The notes below the pieces were generated by a model that saw only the letters and a list, made by a program, of their open reading frames with translations, was not told where the DNA came from and did no database searches. A DNA stretch of 64,000 bases. It comes from Macrostomum hystrix (Eukaryota; Animalia; Platyhelminthes). The stretch lies in assembly GCA_950097015.1 (NCBI GenBank), contig CATNEN010000003.1, forward strand, positions 3,906,001-3,970,000, written 5' to 3'. Every line of letters begins with the position of its first letter. Position 1 is the stretch's first letter. The translations under genes and the position numbers were made by a program. Positions 12,188 to 24,100 of this stretch are shown piece by piece.

Positions 12188-15100
12188 ATGTCGAAGGCTC
12201 CAGCTATCGGAATCGATCTCGGTACTACATATTCTTGCGTTGGCGTTTTCCAACATGGAAAAGTCGAGATAATCGCAAATGACCAAGGCAATCGTACCAC
12301 ACCTAGCTATGTTGCATTTACTGACACTGAGCGACTTATAGGAGATTCGGCCAAAAATCAGGTTGCATTGAATCCTTCCAATACAGTATTTGGTAAGAAC
12401 TTTTTCATTACATTACCATCTATAAACCAACATAAGAAAAAAGAATTATGTTGTCTGCAAGTCCTCATGGCTCAAATGTTTTTTGTCTGCTCAAATGCTT
12501 GACTGTCCGTTTTTTCCACAAATAAGTTTTACAAAGTCCAGTTTTAGTTGATGCCTTAATTAAAACATAAGAAAATTAATTTAAGAATTGTAACAAAAGA
12601 TTAAATCTATAGGTTGTTCAGATGGCCATGCAAGACAATAAAATATTATACCCATATTAAAATAGAGAAATAGGCCTAGAGATGCAATTGTGCTTAACAA
12701 AATTAAAACACACATTAGCTTTTTGCAACTTATTTCTTATTTTCAAATAAAATAAACAATATTTAAACTATAAACTATGTAGCCTAAAGCAAATTTCAAT
12801 TATAGGCCTAAAGCATGTCTGATTAAAATATCAGAATAAGATCTATCTATTTAGTCATTTAACATAATTTCTTTCTAAAAAAGTAAATAATAAGTGCTAG
12901 TAGAGTAGTATTCATGCAGATCAATTCCAAAATAACATTATTTATAGGCCCTAAGTTTATTGATATTTTTTTGAATTGTACTTAAACTTACCGTCATTCA
13001 TAACTTATAACTAAAAAATTCATTTACTTTTCTTCAATGTAGATGCAAAACGACTCATTGGCCGTAAGTTCGATGACACAGTTGTCCAACAAGACATGAA
13101 GCACTGGCCTTTCACTGTCATCAATGATGGTACTAGGCCCAAGATCCAAGTGGAGTTCAAAGGCGAGACCAAGACCTTCTTTGCTGAGGAGATCTCCTCG
13201 ATGGTGCTGACTAAGATGAAGGAGACTGCTGAGGCCTACCTTGGCAAAACTGTCACCGATGCTGTGGTCACTGTTCCTGCCTACTTCAACGACAGCCAGC
13301 GCCAGGCCACAAAGGATGCTGGTGCCATCGCTGGACTGAATGTGCTGCGCATCATCAACGAGCCCACTGCCGCTGCCATTGCCTATGGCCTGGACAAGAA
13401 AAGTGGTCACGAGAGGAATGTGCTCATCTTTGACCTGGGCGGCGGCACCTTCGATGTGTCTATCCTGACCATCGAGGAGGGCATCTTCGAAGTGAAGTCC
13501 ACTGCCGGCGACACCCATCTGGGAGGCGAGGACTTTGACAACCGAATGGTGACCCACTTCATCCAGGAGTTCAAGCGCAAGTACAAGAAGGACATGAGCG
13601 ACAACAAGCGCGCTGTGAGGCGTCTGCGCACCGCCTGCGAGAGGGCCAAGCGAACTCTGAGCAGCGCCGCTCAGGCCAACATCGAGATCGACAGCCTATA
13701 CGAGGGCATCGACTTTTACACCAGCATCACCAGGGCCCGCTTCGAGGAGCTCAACGCCGACCTGTTCCGCGGCACCCTGGAGCCAGTGGAGAAGTCGCTG
13801 CGAGACGCCAAGCTGGACAAGGCCTCCATCAACGAGATTGTGCTGGTCGGTGGCTCCACTCGCATCCCTAAGATCCAGAAGCTGCTGCAGGTGAGCCAGC
13901 CAAGTGCTAATAACTGGTTTATAAGGCTTGTTTAGGTGCTCCCTCACTCCAAAGCAGCTCTTCCCACTGTGCGACCTTCGGCATGATGATATTCTGTAAG
14001 GTATTCGCGGTTTCGACAGACGGACCTGCAGTGGGTCCTTTGATGTCCAAGACCTTCCTTAGTCTGATCCGAGTCGCACATCGAGCTGTTTTTAGTTGGG
14101 GATCAGCAAGTGGATTAGTGTCCAGTTTAATCTCACTAGGGATCAGTCAGTGGATTAGTGTTGGTTTAAACCCTCAGCTCACATGATGAAATTCTGCAAG
14201 GTATTCGCGGTTTCGACAGATGGACCTGTAGTGGGTCCTCTGATGCCCAAGACCTTCCTTAGTCTGAGCAGACTGCCCAGTTTGAGCACCCTGAGCTGGC
14301 AGTGACGAGTCCGCAGACGACTCACCCTGGCCTCTCCCCAACCACCGCGCCATTCCCGCAGGACTTCTTCAGCGGCAAGGAGCTCAACAAGTCCATCAAC
14401 CCGGACGAGGCCGTGGCCTACGGCGCCGCTGTGCAGGCCGCCATCCTCCACGGCGACAAGTCCGAGGCCGTGCAGGACCTGCTGCTTCTCGACGTGACGC
14501 CTCTGTCGCTGGGCATCGAGACTGCCGGCGGCGTGATGACTGCTCTCATCAAGCGCAACACCACCATCCCGACCAAGCAGACTCAGACCTTCACCACCTA
14601 CTCTGACAACCAGCCAGGTGTGCTAATCCAGGTCTACGAAGGTGAGCGCGCCATGACCAAGGACAACAACCTGCTGGGCAAGTTTGAGCTCTCCGGCATC
14701 CCGCCTGCTCCGCGCGGCGTGCCCCAGATCGAGGTCACCTTCGACATCGACTCCAACGGCATCCTCAACGTCTCCGCCGTCGAGAAGAGCACCAACAAGG
14801 AGAACAAAATCACCATCACCAACGACAAGGGCCGCCTCAGCAAGGAGGACATCGAGCGCATGGTCAACGAGGCCGAGCGCTACAAGGCCGAGGACGAAAA
14901 GCAGAAGGACCGCGTCGCCGCCAAGAACTCCCTCGAGAGCTACGCCTTCTCCATGCGCCAGACTGTCGAGGACGAGAAGCTCAAGGACAAAATCTCCGAG
15001 GGCGACAAAAAGATCATCCTCGACAAGTGCGGCGAGATCATCAAGTGGCTCGACGCCAACCAGACCGCCGAGAAGGAAGAATACGATCATCAGCAGAAGG

Positions 15101-15276
15101 AGCTCGAGAAAGTCTGCAACCCCATCATCACCAAGCTCTACCAGGCTGCCGGCGGAGCTGGTGGCATGCCCGGCGGCTTCCCTGGCGGAGCTCCTGGCGC
15201 TGGCGGCGCCGCTGGTCAAGGCGCTCGCACCGGCGGCGGTGGCGGCTCCGGCCCCACCATCGAGGAGGTCGATTAA
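12188..15276 (+). CDS. hsp70: Cytosolic Hsp70/Hsc70, copy A, 3 coding exons, 655 aa
   Basis: Exons 12188-12392 (205 nt), 13043-13890 (848 nt), 14362-15276 (915 nt), all GT-AG and in frame. Motifs [41 protein letters not shown] and C-terminal GPTIEEVD. Confidence 0.98.
13983..14067 (+). ncRNA. U14: U14 (SNORD14-like) box C/D snoRNA, first copy in hsp70A intron 2
   Basis: Box C ATGATGA 13983-13989 and box D CTGA 14064-14067. Domain A TATTCGCGGTTTC is antisense to 18S GAAACCGCGAAU. D'-like CAGA, internal hairpin GGACC/GGTCC, domain B ACCTTCCTTAG antisense to 18S ...AAGGAAGG. Long external stem TGTGCGAC/GTCGCACA. Confidence 0.88.
14183..14267 (+). ncRNA. U14: U14 box C/D snoRNA, second copy in hsp70A intron 2
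   Basis: Same 85-nt layout exactly 200 bp downstream, with identical domain A and B. Box D ends 94 nt before the 3' splice site. Confidence 0.88.
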
Positions 15277-16005
15277 AAGTGCACAAAAATTTCTAATGGC
15301 TGCTATTCAGTTTCAGAGTTTCACCTGACAATTATTTATTAATTTCGATCGAAATCAAGTCGATTTTTACACCGGTGTATCGACTTTACCAAGCAGCACT
15401 ATTTGACTGTCAATTGACTTCCCACACAATATTCTAACCAGGAAACTAATATCAGCGAACCTGAATAATTAATAAATACTTTTATATTCTCTTCCAAGTT
15501 TTTCTGGAATCTACTAAAAGAATAGACAGGTAGGCAAGTTTTATGCCCATTCCTAGCCAATTTTGTCTGTTAGAAACTCTGCTTTCATTGTAAAGATGCA
15601 GAATTTTTCCTAGTTTGCTTTACACGAGCTACAAAAAATCTACTGCTTTTCATTTCTTGACTATTTACCCATTCAACTGGTTCAGTTGCTACATAGCTAC
15701 TCATCGCCATTTGTCCGTTTTTACCTGTGGCATAGCAGAAACGGCTGGCGTTTTCTCGCCTAATAAACAGAAATAATACATTGAAGACCTGAAGTTTTAT
15801 TTTTCGATAGCAAAGCGTTTTGCTTATTTTTTAGGAGGCATTTTGCTTTTTGTTATTAACATCTGAATTTGGTTTTGGTTTTTCTTATTTAGTTCTGAAA
15901 TTCTAGCTTTCAGCATTGAACTGAATAACTCAGTCCTCAGGTTTCGCCCTTTAGACTGCTACATGTTCGAAAATGTTTAAATGTTTGAAACTCCCTAACT
16001 TTATA

Positions 16006-16840
16006 TCCTCAGCTACCCAATCCTCTCCTCAGCTACCCAATCCTCTCCCCAGCTACCCAATCCTCTCCCCAGCTACCCAATCCTCTCCTCAGCTACCCAA
16101 TCCTCTCCTCAGCTACCCAATCCTCTCCTCAGCTACCCAATCCTCTCCCCAGCTACCCAATCCTCTCCTCAGCTACCCAATCCTCTCCTCAGCTACCCAA
16201 TCCTCTCCTCAGCCACCCAATCCTCTCCCCAGCTACCCAATCCTCTCCTCAGCTACCCAATCCTCTCCCCAGCTACCCAATCCTCTCCTCAGCCACCCAA
16301 TCCTCTCCCCAGCTACCCAATCCTCTCCTCAGCTACCCAATCCTCTCCCCAGCTACCCAATCCTCTCCTCAGCTACCCAATCCTCTCCCCAGCTACCCAA
16401 TCCTCTCCTCAGCTACCAAATCCTCTCCTCAGCCACCCAATCCTCTCCTCAGCTACCCAATCCTCTCCTCAGCTACCCAATCCTCTCCTCAGCTACCCAA
16501 TCCTCTCCTCAGCTACCCAATCCTCTCCTCAGCTACCCAATCCTCTCCTCAGCTACCCAATCCTCTCCCCAGCTACCCAATCCTCTCCTCAGCTACCCAA
16601 TCCTCTCCTCAGCTACCCAATCCTCTCCTCAGCTACCCAATCCTCTACTCAGCTACCCAATCCTCTACTCAGCTACCCAATCCTCTACTCAGCTACCCAA
16701 TCCTCTCCTCAGCTACCCAATCCTCTCCTCAGCTACCTAATCCTCTCCTCAGCTACCCAATCCTCTCCTCAGCTACCTAATCCTCTCCTCAGCTACCCAA
16801 TCCTCTCCCCAGCTACCCAATCCTCTCCCCAGCTACCCAA
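16006..16840. repeat. 20-bp minisatellite CAGCTACCCAATCCTCTCCT
   Basis: Tandem repetition; source of the 255-aa pseudo-ORF. Confidence 0.96.
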
Positions 16841-17210
16841 AAAGTCTAATCATAATAAAAGGTCTAAATACTACAAACTCTGTTGTTCGCCAAAATAACT
16901 TGCAAATCCACAACGCGGTAGAATAAATTTTTGTCCGATCAATCATTTAGCTACTACCCTAACAGATATCCAAGTTAAACCGGCAACTATACGTGAATCC
17001 AATTAGCGCTAAAAAAATAAAAAGCTGTCTGCTGACTGCTTATGCAGCAACATCCGCACGAGAATTAGGGGACAATATAAATTGAGTTGCCTGCAGCTAT
17101 AATACAATCCTCTTGAGTTTAGCTGGCTGACAATAAAAGATTATTGAAGAGACACAGAACAGAACTGAAGCACACTGTCAGATACACACAAGCGGCCTGC
17201 ACAGTCAGAC

Positions 17211-17963
17211 ATGAAGGCCATCGGATTCCCAGCAACAATGATGCTGACCCTTCTGGTTCTTGCCAGAATTATGCCCGAAGCCTTCTCTGAGGCGTACGTC
17301 AACCTGCTGATGGGATATCTATGCGTCAGGAGCGACTTCATATTGACAGTCCAGGGAAGCCTTACCGATATTGAATGTGCCGTTTTGTGCGAACGAAACC
17401 AGCGCTGCCAGGCCTTCACCATGGCTGACGGTCCGTGTCAGCTGTTCGTGTTCGACAAGTGCAGCAAGTCGGTGAGGGACTGCAGCTGCTCCAGGAGAGG
17501 CCAGGTGTTTGTTAAGCAGCAGCCGGGACTCGAGGCTGGCCAGCTGTGTCCAACTGGCTACGGAGACGACCTGTGCGGAGTGAAGTACAAGCTGCTAGCT
17601 GGCACTGACTACTGGTGGCCGAGCAAGCAGAAGTGCGAGTCGGAGAGCGGTCTGGTGATCATGGCCGATGTGATCAACGCTACTGAACTGAGCCACATTG
17701 GGACATTGTACAGCCTAGTACCTTCCATCTGGCTAGGAGGTCTTCAAGCTCCAGGCAGTCCGGAGCCAGCTGGAGGCTGGTACTGGGTCGGCTGCAACAT
17801 CACCATGGACGGAAGCCTGTGGGGCACTAATGAGCCAGGTAACGAGAGTCCTTATGGCGAGAATGTGGTTGTTCGCTACCCAGCAGGTAGCAACCTTGTG
17901 GATTTGTGGCAGTCAGCTAATGTTTTTCGAGTTGTCTGCGAGTGCGTGTCGCCTTTTGACTGA
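17211..17963 (+). CDS. Secreted PAN/apple + C-type lectin domain protein, single exon, 250 aa
   Basis: Hydrophobic signal peptide. PAN-type cysteine pattern ECAVLCERNQRCQAF...CQLF. CTLD hallmarks WLGG, WYWV, WGTNEPG and terminal RVVCE. Confidence 0.8.
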   Translation: MKAIGFPATMMLTLLVLARIMPEAFSEAYVNLLMGYLCVRSDFILTVQGSLTDIECAVLCERNQRCQAFTMADGPCQLFVFDKCSKSVRDCSCSRRGQVFVKQQPGLEAGQLCPTGYGDDLCGVKYKLLAGTDYWWPSKQKCESESGLVIMADVINATELSHIGTLYSLVPSIWLGGLQAPGSPEPAGGWYWVGCNITMDGSLWGTNEPGNESPYGENVVVRYPAGSNLVDLWQSANVFRVVCECVSPFD

Positions 17964-19508
17964 GATGAACATTAATTTGACACTGTTAGAGAGGCGTATA
18001 CGAGTCACTAAATGAGCATGTTCCTATTGCTATTAGGTAACGAAATCGTTTCCAACTTTACCAGTAGTTATCTTATAATTTTTTAGATTTGCGAATAGTT
18101 TTTTATTTCGATTTTTTTATTTAAGCTTGCCCTCTTAGACTACAATTCTGTTTTTTACTAATTGCAAAATATTGTTTCTAAAAGCAAAAATAAACGCCAA
18201 GAATTGTTGCCATGAAATATTATAGATACAATCAGGAAAAAGGTTAACTGAAGTTAATTTAAGGCTAGACGTCATAAACTGCATGATAGTTTATTTCTTC
18301 AATAAGCTGTCTTTCCATTCCTAGTACGTAAATTCCGAGTAATTTAGTCTTTGATATGAGTATGAGTATGTAATTTAGTCTTTGATATGAGTATGAGTAT
18401 GTAATTTAGTCTTTGATATGAGTATGAGTATGTAATTCAGTCTTTGGTCTGAATTAATGGCAGAGGACTCGTTTCTCGGCCGAGGCGAAGCCGATGGTCT
18501 AAATTTATTAAGACCACAGACTAAATAAACGGAAATAATATATTTTAGCCCGTTCGGTATGTTGCCTGCTAGCGGGGATAAAGGGGCAGATTGTTCGCTG
18601 GGCGTCTGGGGGCAAAGCCCCACATTCTAACCATAGACGAAACAAGATTAAAAAGGCTTGGTACAGTTGCTGAAAAAGCGTCTAATTTATTTGGACAGTT
18701 TTAACATTTGACCATAGATTCATTTGGAGCGGCCAAAATGGGGAATATTAAATTATGCGATTTGGGGTAAAAATATTATTTCATCTGCATAGTCTATGGT
18801 GAAGACGACGTCCTTTATTTGTCGACAAGCATATCGATAAAGTTGGAAGCTTCTGCTCACGGTGATCGGTCAGTAACGGCTAACATTAAATAAAAAAGTG
18901 CAAGGACCTTTAAGATCGAAACGCCTCGTATAACAGCGTAATTTTATCACATTATCGGCGCAATTGTCGCTGCAGCACCTCAAATTAATTCTCGAAGTAA
19001 TGCATTAATTCACGTTCTTTTTATTCAACAAAAAAGGAATTGCCTTCCAACTGAAATAAACCACAAAAAGAAGCACTAACACTTAATACTAAGAGACGAG
19101 ACAGTTAGACAAAACGATTAATATTTTATAGCAAAGGCAATTGCATCAGCGACGCAATAGCCTTCCTAAACAACAAAACAAATTTGCAATAACATTATTG
19201 AAAGTATAAAGAAGAAGCCCTTTAAAAGCGGCACAAGTCTGATAAAATTGTTAAAGCCATGGCCTTCATGCAGCTTCCTTGACATAAATATCAACCTTAA
19301 CATATATGATACTCCAACCAGCTGATCAGCTGAATGTGAAATTAAGCTGAACCTACATGACCGTGAATGATATCGCCGCGCTGACAGGTAGGCAATGCAG
19401 GTATGTAAAGAATCGTTGTGCTTTAGAAAATTTTTACAGCTCAACTAAATCGAAAGCTACTGCAATGCCGCAAAAAGAACATTTAATCGATACTGCTTTT
19501 AAAGACTA

Positions 19509-20647
19509 CACCTTTTTTCAGGTCAAATTCAACGTTTTGCCAATCAGCTTAGCCAAGTTTCATTCAAGTTAGCCACTCTATGGTAATCGCAGTCGACGCG
19601 CCATTCAACTTAGACAACTATCGTTCAAGTTCACCAGCCATCATTCAAGTTCAACACGCCATGGCAGGGTGTGTTTTGTCTATGGCAAGAAGGGGTAACA
19701 AGCTCGAAAAACGATTTTCAAATTAGACAACTTGCAAGCAAATTCAACAAGAGCAGATCCCTTGAAAGCCGAAGTTTAACTGTTGCTCTGTGCCAATGGC
19801 TGATCATATGAACGAAGAGGAGCACGACAGTGTGGAAGAGGAAGACGATGCGGAGGATCGTGTACGCTATAATACGACTTCGAATGAGGATAGAGCCCGT
19901 CTGTTGGATGCACACGCAAACGGCGAAGACTTCGTCCATCTGGCGGGGCTGCTGAATATCTATAGAACTACGGCATACTCAATTGTGCGTTCCGGAAGGA
20001 GGGAGAAAAGACCGATGGATGGAAGAAATGCGAAATTTGACATCGAGATGGCGCAGTAGTGATCCGAACTGCTAGACGACAACAGTGTTCTAACTCAGGA
20101 GGAGATCAAGGAACAATTACGCGCCAGGTTTCCAAACAAGCCGACTGTCGCAATTTCGACACTGAGCCGTCAGTTGAACGGCCTGATGTTCACCGTTAAG
20201 CTCGTTCGCGACACACCCGCAGAAGGAAACTCACCGCGGTGCATTGCGCGAATGGCAATCGTCGGCGATTGACACGTCGATTGCTGACTCCTCAGCCGTG
20301 CTCAAGGATCTATCAGCTGGAAAACTCTTACACATTGTGGTGTACTTTGGCACTGTTGTTTTCCGCAATTTCTTGTTATAATTATTGTTCCACTATACAG
20401 TTCTGCTTTTGTTGAATTTGCTTGCAAGTTGTCTAATTTGAAAATCATTGTTCGAGCTTGTTACCCCTTCTTGCCATAGACAAAACACACCCTACCATGG
20501 CGTGTTGAACTTGAATGATGGCTGGCGAACTTAAACGATAGTTGTCTAATTTGAATGGCGCGTCGACTGCGATTACCAGAGTGGCTAACTTGAATGAAAC
20601 TTGGCTAAGCTGATTGGTAAAACGTTGAATTTGACCGGAAAAAGGTG
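19509..20647 (+). mobile_element. Internally deleted IS630/Tc1/mariner-superfamily DNA transposon with ~250-bp TIRs
   Basis: TIRs at ~19509-19757 and ~20402-20647 are reverse complements (CACCTTTT...AAAAGGTG), with TA on both sides. Interior encodes a stop-interrupted HTH-type transposase N-terminus (TSNEDRARLLDA...TTAYSIVR; LTQEEIKEQLRARFP...ISTLSRQL); no DDE domain. Confidence 0.88.
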
Positions 20648-21178
20648 TAATACTACTGCAAAGTCCAACATGTATATATAGAGCTACAAATGGAAGACAG
20701 CTTGAAAACATTTAATTACCTATGTTGATTTAATTTCGAATACAACCTACAACCTGGCGTAATACCAGTGTAAGCGCAGATCATGTTTATATTGATATAG
20801 CTTATAGATAATTAAACACTTCTCGACGCTTCATGTCACCACTTACATTTTAATATTATAAAAAGAAAGAAAACACGAAGGCAGCAGGATTTGCTTACTA
20901 AAAATTCGCGATGTCATTTATTAAATTGACCTAAACTGGATATTTGTGTATATTTAAGTTTAAAGCCGGGTGGAAAAGGCGGAATAAAGGAAACTCTCTA
21001 GTCAGTTAAGCAGAAAACGGTGGAAAGTTTATTTTATTACGAAACCGACATCCTTTCGAGCTAGAGGAAATTCGACAGTCTTGATGTTGATCAAACAGAT
21101 CCGAAATAGTTGAGCTCACAAGCAATTGGATTACTGGCAACAGTAAGACACTAAGACTCAGCACAAATTTTAGGAAGC

Positions 21179-24100
21179 TTAGTCGACCTCCTCGATGGTG
21201 GGGCCGGAGCCGCCACCGCCGCCGGTGCGAGCGCCTTGACCAGCGGCGCCGCCAGCGCCAGGAGCTCCGCCAGGGAAGCCGCCGGGCATGCCACCAGCTC
21301 CGCCGGCAGCCTGGTAGAGCTTGGTGATGATGGGGTTGCAGACTTTCTCGAGCTCCTTCTGCTGATGATCGTATTCTTCCTTCTCGGCGGTCTGGTTGGC
21401 GTCGAGCCACTTGATGATCTCGCCGCACTTGTCGAGGATGATCTTTTTGTCGCCCTCGGAGATTTTGTCCTTGAGCTTCTCGTCCTCGACAGTCTGGCGC
21501 ATGGAGAAGGCGTAGCTCTCGAGGGAGTTCTTGGCGGCGACGCGGTCCTTCTGCTTTTCGTCCTCGGCCTTGTAGCGCTCGGCCTCGTTGACCATGCGCT
21601 CGATGTCCTCCTTGCTGAGGCGGCCCTTGTCGTTGGTGATGGTGATTTTGTTCTCCTTGTTGGTGCTCTTCTCGACGGCGGAGACGTTGAGGATGCCGTT
21701 GGAGTCGATGTCGAAGGTGACCTCGATCTGGGGCACGCCGCGCGGAGCAGGCGGGATGCCGGAGAGCTCAAACTTGCCCAGCAGGTTGTTGTCCTTGGTC
21801 ATGGCGCGCTCACCTTCGTAGACCTGGATTAGCACACCTGGCTGGTTGTCAGAGTAGGTGGTGAAGGTCTGAGTCTGCTTGGTCGGGATGGTGGTGTTGC
21901 GCTTGATGAGAGCAGTCATCACGCCGCCGGCAGTCTCGATGCCCAGCGACAGAGGCGTCACGTCGAGAAGCAGCAGGTCCTGCACGGCCTCGGACTTGTC
22001 GCCGTGGAGGATGGCGGCCTGCACAGCGGCGCCGTAGGCCACGGCCTCGTCCGGGTTGATGGACTTGTTGAGCTCCTTGCCGCTGAAGAAGTCCTGCGGG
22101 AATGGCGCGGTGGTTGGGGAGAGGCCAGGGTGAGTCGTCTGCGGACTCGTCACTGCCAGCTCCGGGTGCTCAAACTGGGCAGTCTGCTCAGACTAAGGAA
22201 GGTCTTGGGCATCAGAGGACCCACTACAGGTCCATCTGTCGAAACCGCGAATACCTTGCAGAATTTCATCATGTGAGCTGGGGGTTTAAACCAACACTAA
22301 TCCACTGACTGATCCCTAGTGAGATTAAACTAAGATCACTAATCCACTGACTGATCCCTAATGAGATTAAACTAAGATCACTAATCCACTGACTGATCCC
22401 TAGTGAGATTAAACTAAGATCACTAATCCACTGACTGATCCCTAATGAGATTAAACTGAGGACACGTATCCACTGACTGATCCCTAGTGAGATTAAACTG
22501 GACACTAATCCACTGACTGATCCCTAGTGAGATTAAACTGGACACTAATCCACTGACTGATCCCTAACTAAAAACAGCTCGATGTGCGACTCGGATCAGA
22601 CTAAGGAAGGTCTTGGGCATCAAAGGACCCACTGCAGGTCCGTCTGTCGAAACCGCGAATACCTTACAGAATATCATCATGCCGAAGGTCGCACAGTGGG
22701 AAGAGCTGCTTTGGAGTGAGGGAGCACCTAAACAAGCCTTATAAACCAGTTATTAGCACTTGGCTGGCTCACCTGCAGCAGCTTCTGGATCTTAGGGATG
22801 CGAGTGGAGCCACCGACCAGCACAATCTCGTTGATGGAGGCCTTGTCCAGCTTGGCGTCTCGCAGCGACTTCTCCACTGGCTCCAGGGTGCCGCGGAACA
22901 GGTCGGCGTTGAGCTCCTCGAAGCGGGCCCTGGTGATGCTGGTGTAAAAGTCGATGCCCTCGTATAGGCTGTCGATCTCGATGTTGGCCTGAGCGGCGCT
23001 GCTCAGAGTTCGCTTGGCCCTCTCGCAGGCGGTGCGCAGACGCCTCACGGCGCGCTTGTTGTCGCTCATGTCCTTCTTGTACTTGCGCTTGAACTCCTGG
23101 ATGAAGTGGGTCACCATTCGGTTGTCAAAGTCCTCGCCTCCCAGATGGGTGTCGCCGGCAGTGGACTTCACTTCGAAGATGCCCTCCTCGATGGTCAGGA
23201 TAGACACATCGAAGGTGCCGCCGCCCAGGTCAAAGATAAGCACATTTCTCTCTTGACCACTCTTTTTGTCCAGGCCATAGGCAATGGCAGCGGCAGTGGG
23301 CTCGTTGATGATGCGCAGCACATTCAGTCCAGCGATGGCACCAGCATCCTTTGTGGCCTGGCGCTGGCTGTCGTTGAAGTAGGCAGGAACAGTGACCACA
23401 GCATCGGTGACAGTTTTGCCAAGGTAGGCCTCAGCAGTCTCCTTCATCTTAGTCAGCACCATCGAGGAGATCTCCTCAGCAAAGAAGGTCTTGGTCTCGC
23501 CTTTGAACTCCACTTGGATCTTAGGCCTAGTACCATCATTGATGACAGTGAAAGGCCAATGCTTCATGTCTTGTTGGACAACTGTGTCATCGAACTTGCG
23601 GCCAATGAGTCGTTTTGCATCTACATATAATGGAGAAAAGTGAAAATAAATATTAAATGTCACAAAGGTCAGGAAAAGTGAAGTCTTGGACTCTTAGTTA
23701 ATGAAATTAATTGGGTAGGCCCTACTAGATTTTTTAGTCTTACTTTACATTAGAGAATTTTTTATAATGGCACGATGCCCTTTGTTTAGCTAAATAATTG
23801 AGCTTTGAAGTTAGTCGAGTTAGCTAGCCATATAAAGCACATTATTGATGCACATTTTGTGATTTATAGTAATAGTTTGATTTTTAAGATATTATTATAC
23901 TTTTAGAAAACAAAAATAAGCATATATGAATTTTAGCAGTCTGTTTAAAATATCATAATACGTCAGTTAGTGAAATTTTACACAGTTTTGTTTGAACAAA
24001 TGTCTGATACTGATGAGATGTTAATTTATTATTATTAGTAATTTATTTAGATAAGTATTTTTGTTGTTAAGAATATATAAATAACTTACCGAAAACTGTA

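Noticed and set aside
12393-13042. Additional snoRNAs in hsp70 intron 1
   Set aside because: No convincing C/D or H/ACA layout, and nothing is conserved with intron 1 of copy B.
18340-18801. Possible small non-autonomous elements (GGGGCAAAGCCCC hairpin; ACCATAGAC/GTCTATGGT ends)
   Set aside because: Inverted matches are short, with no clear TSD or second full copy in the window.
13024-23630. Antisense and alternate-frame ORFs over the hsp70 exons
   Set aside because: Known shadow ORFs caused by high GC3 codon bias in hsp70 genes.
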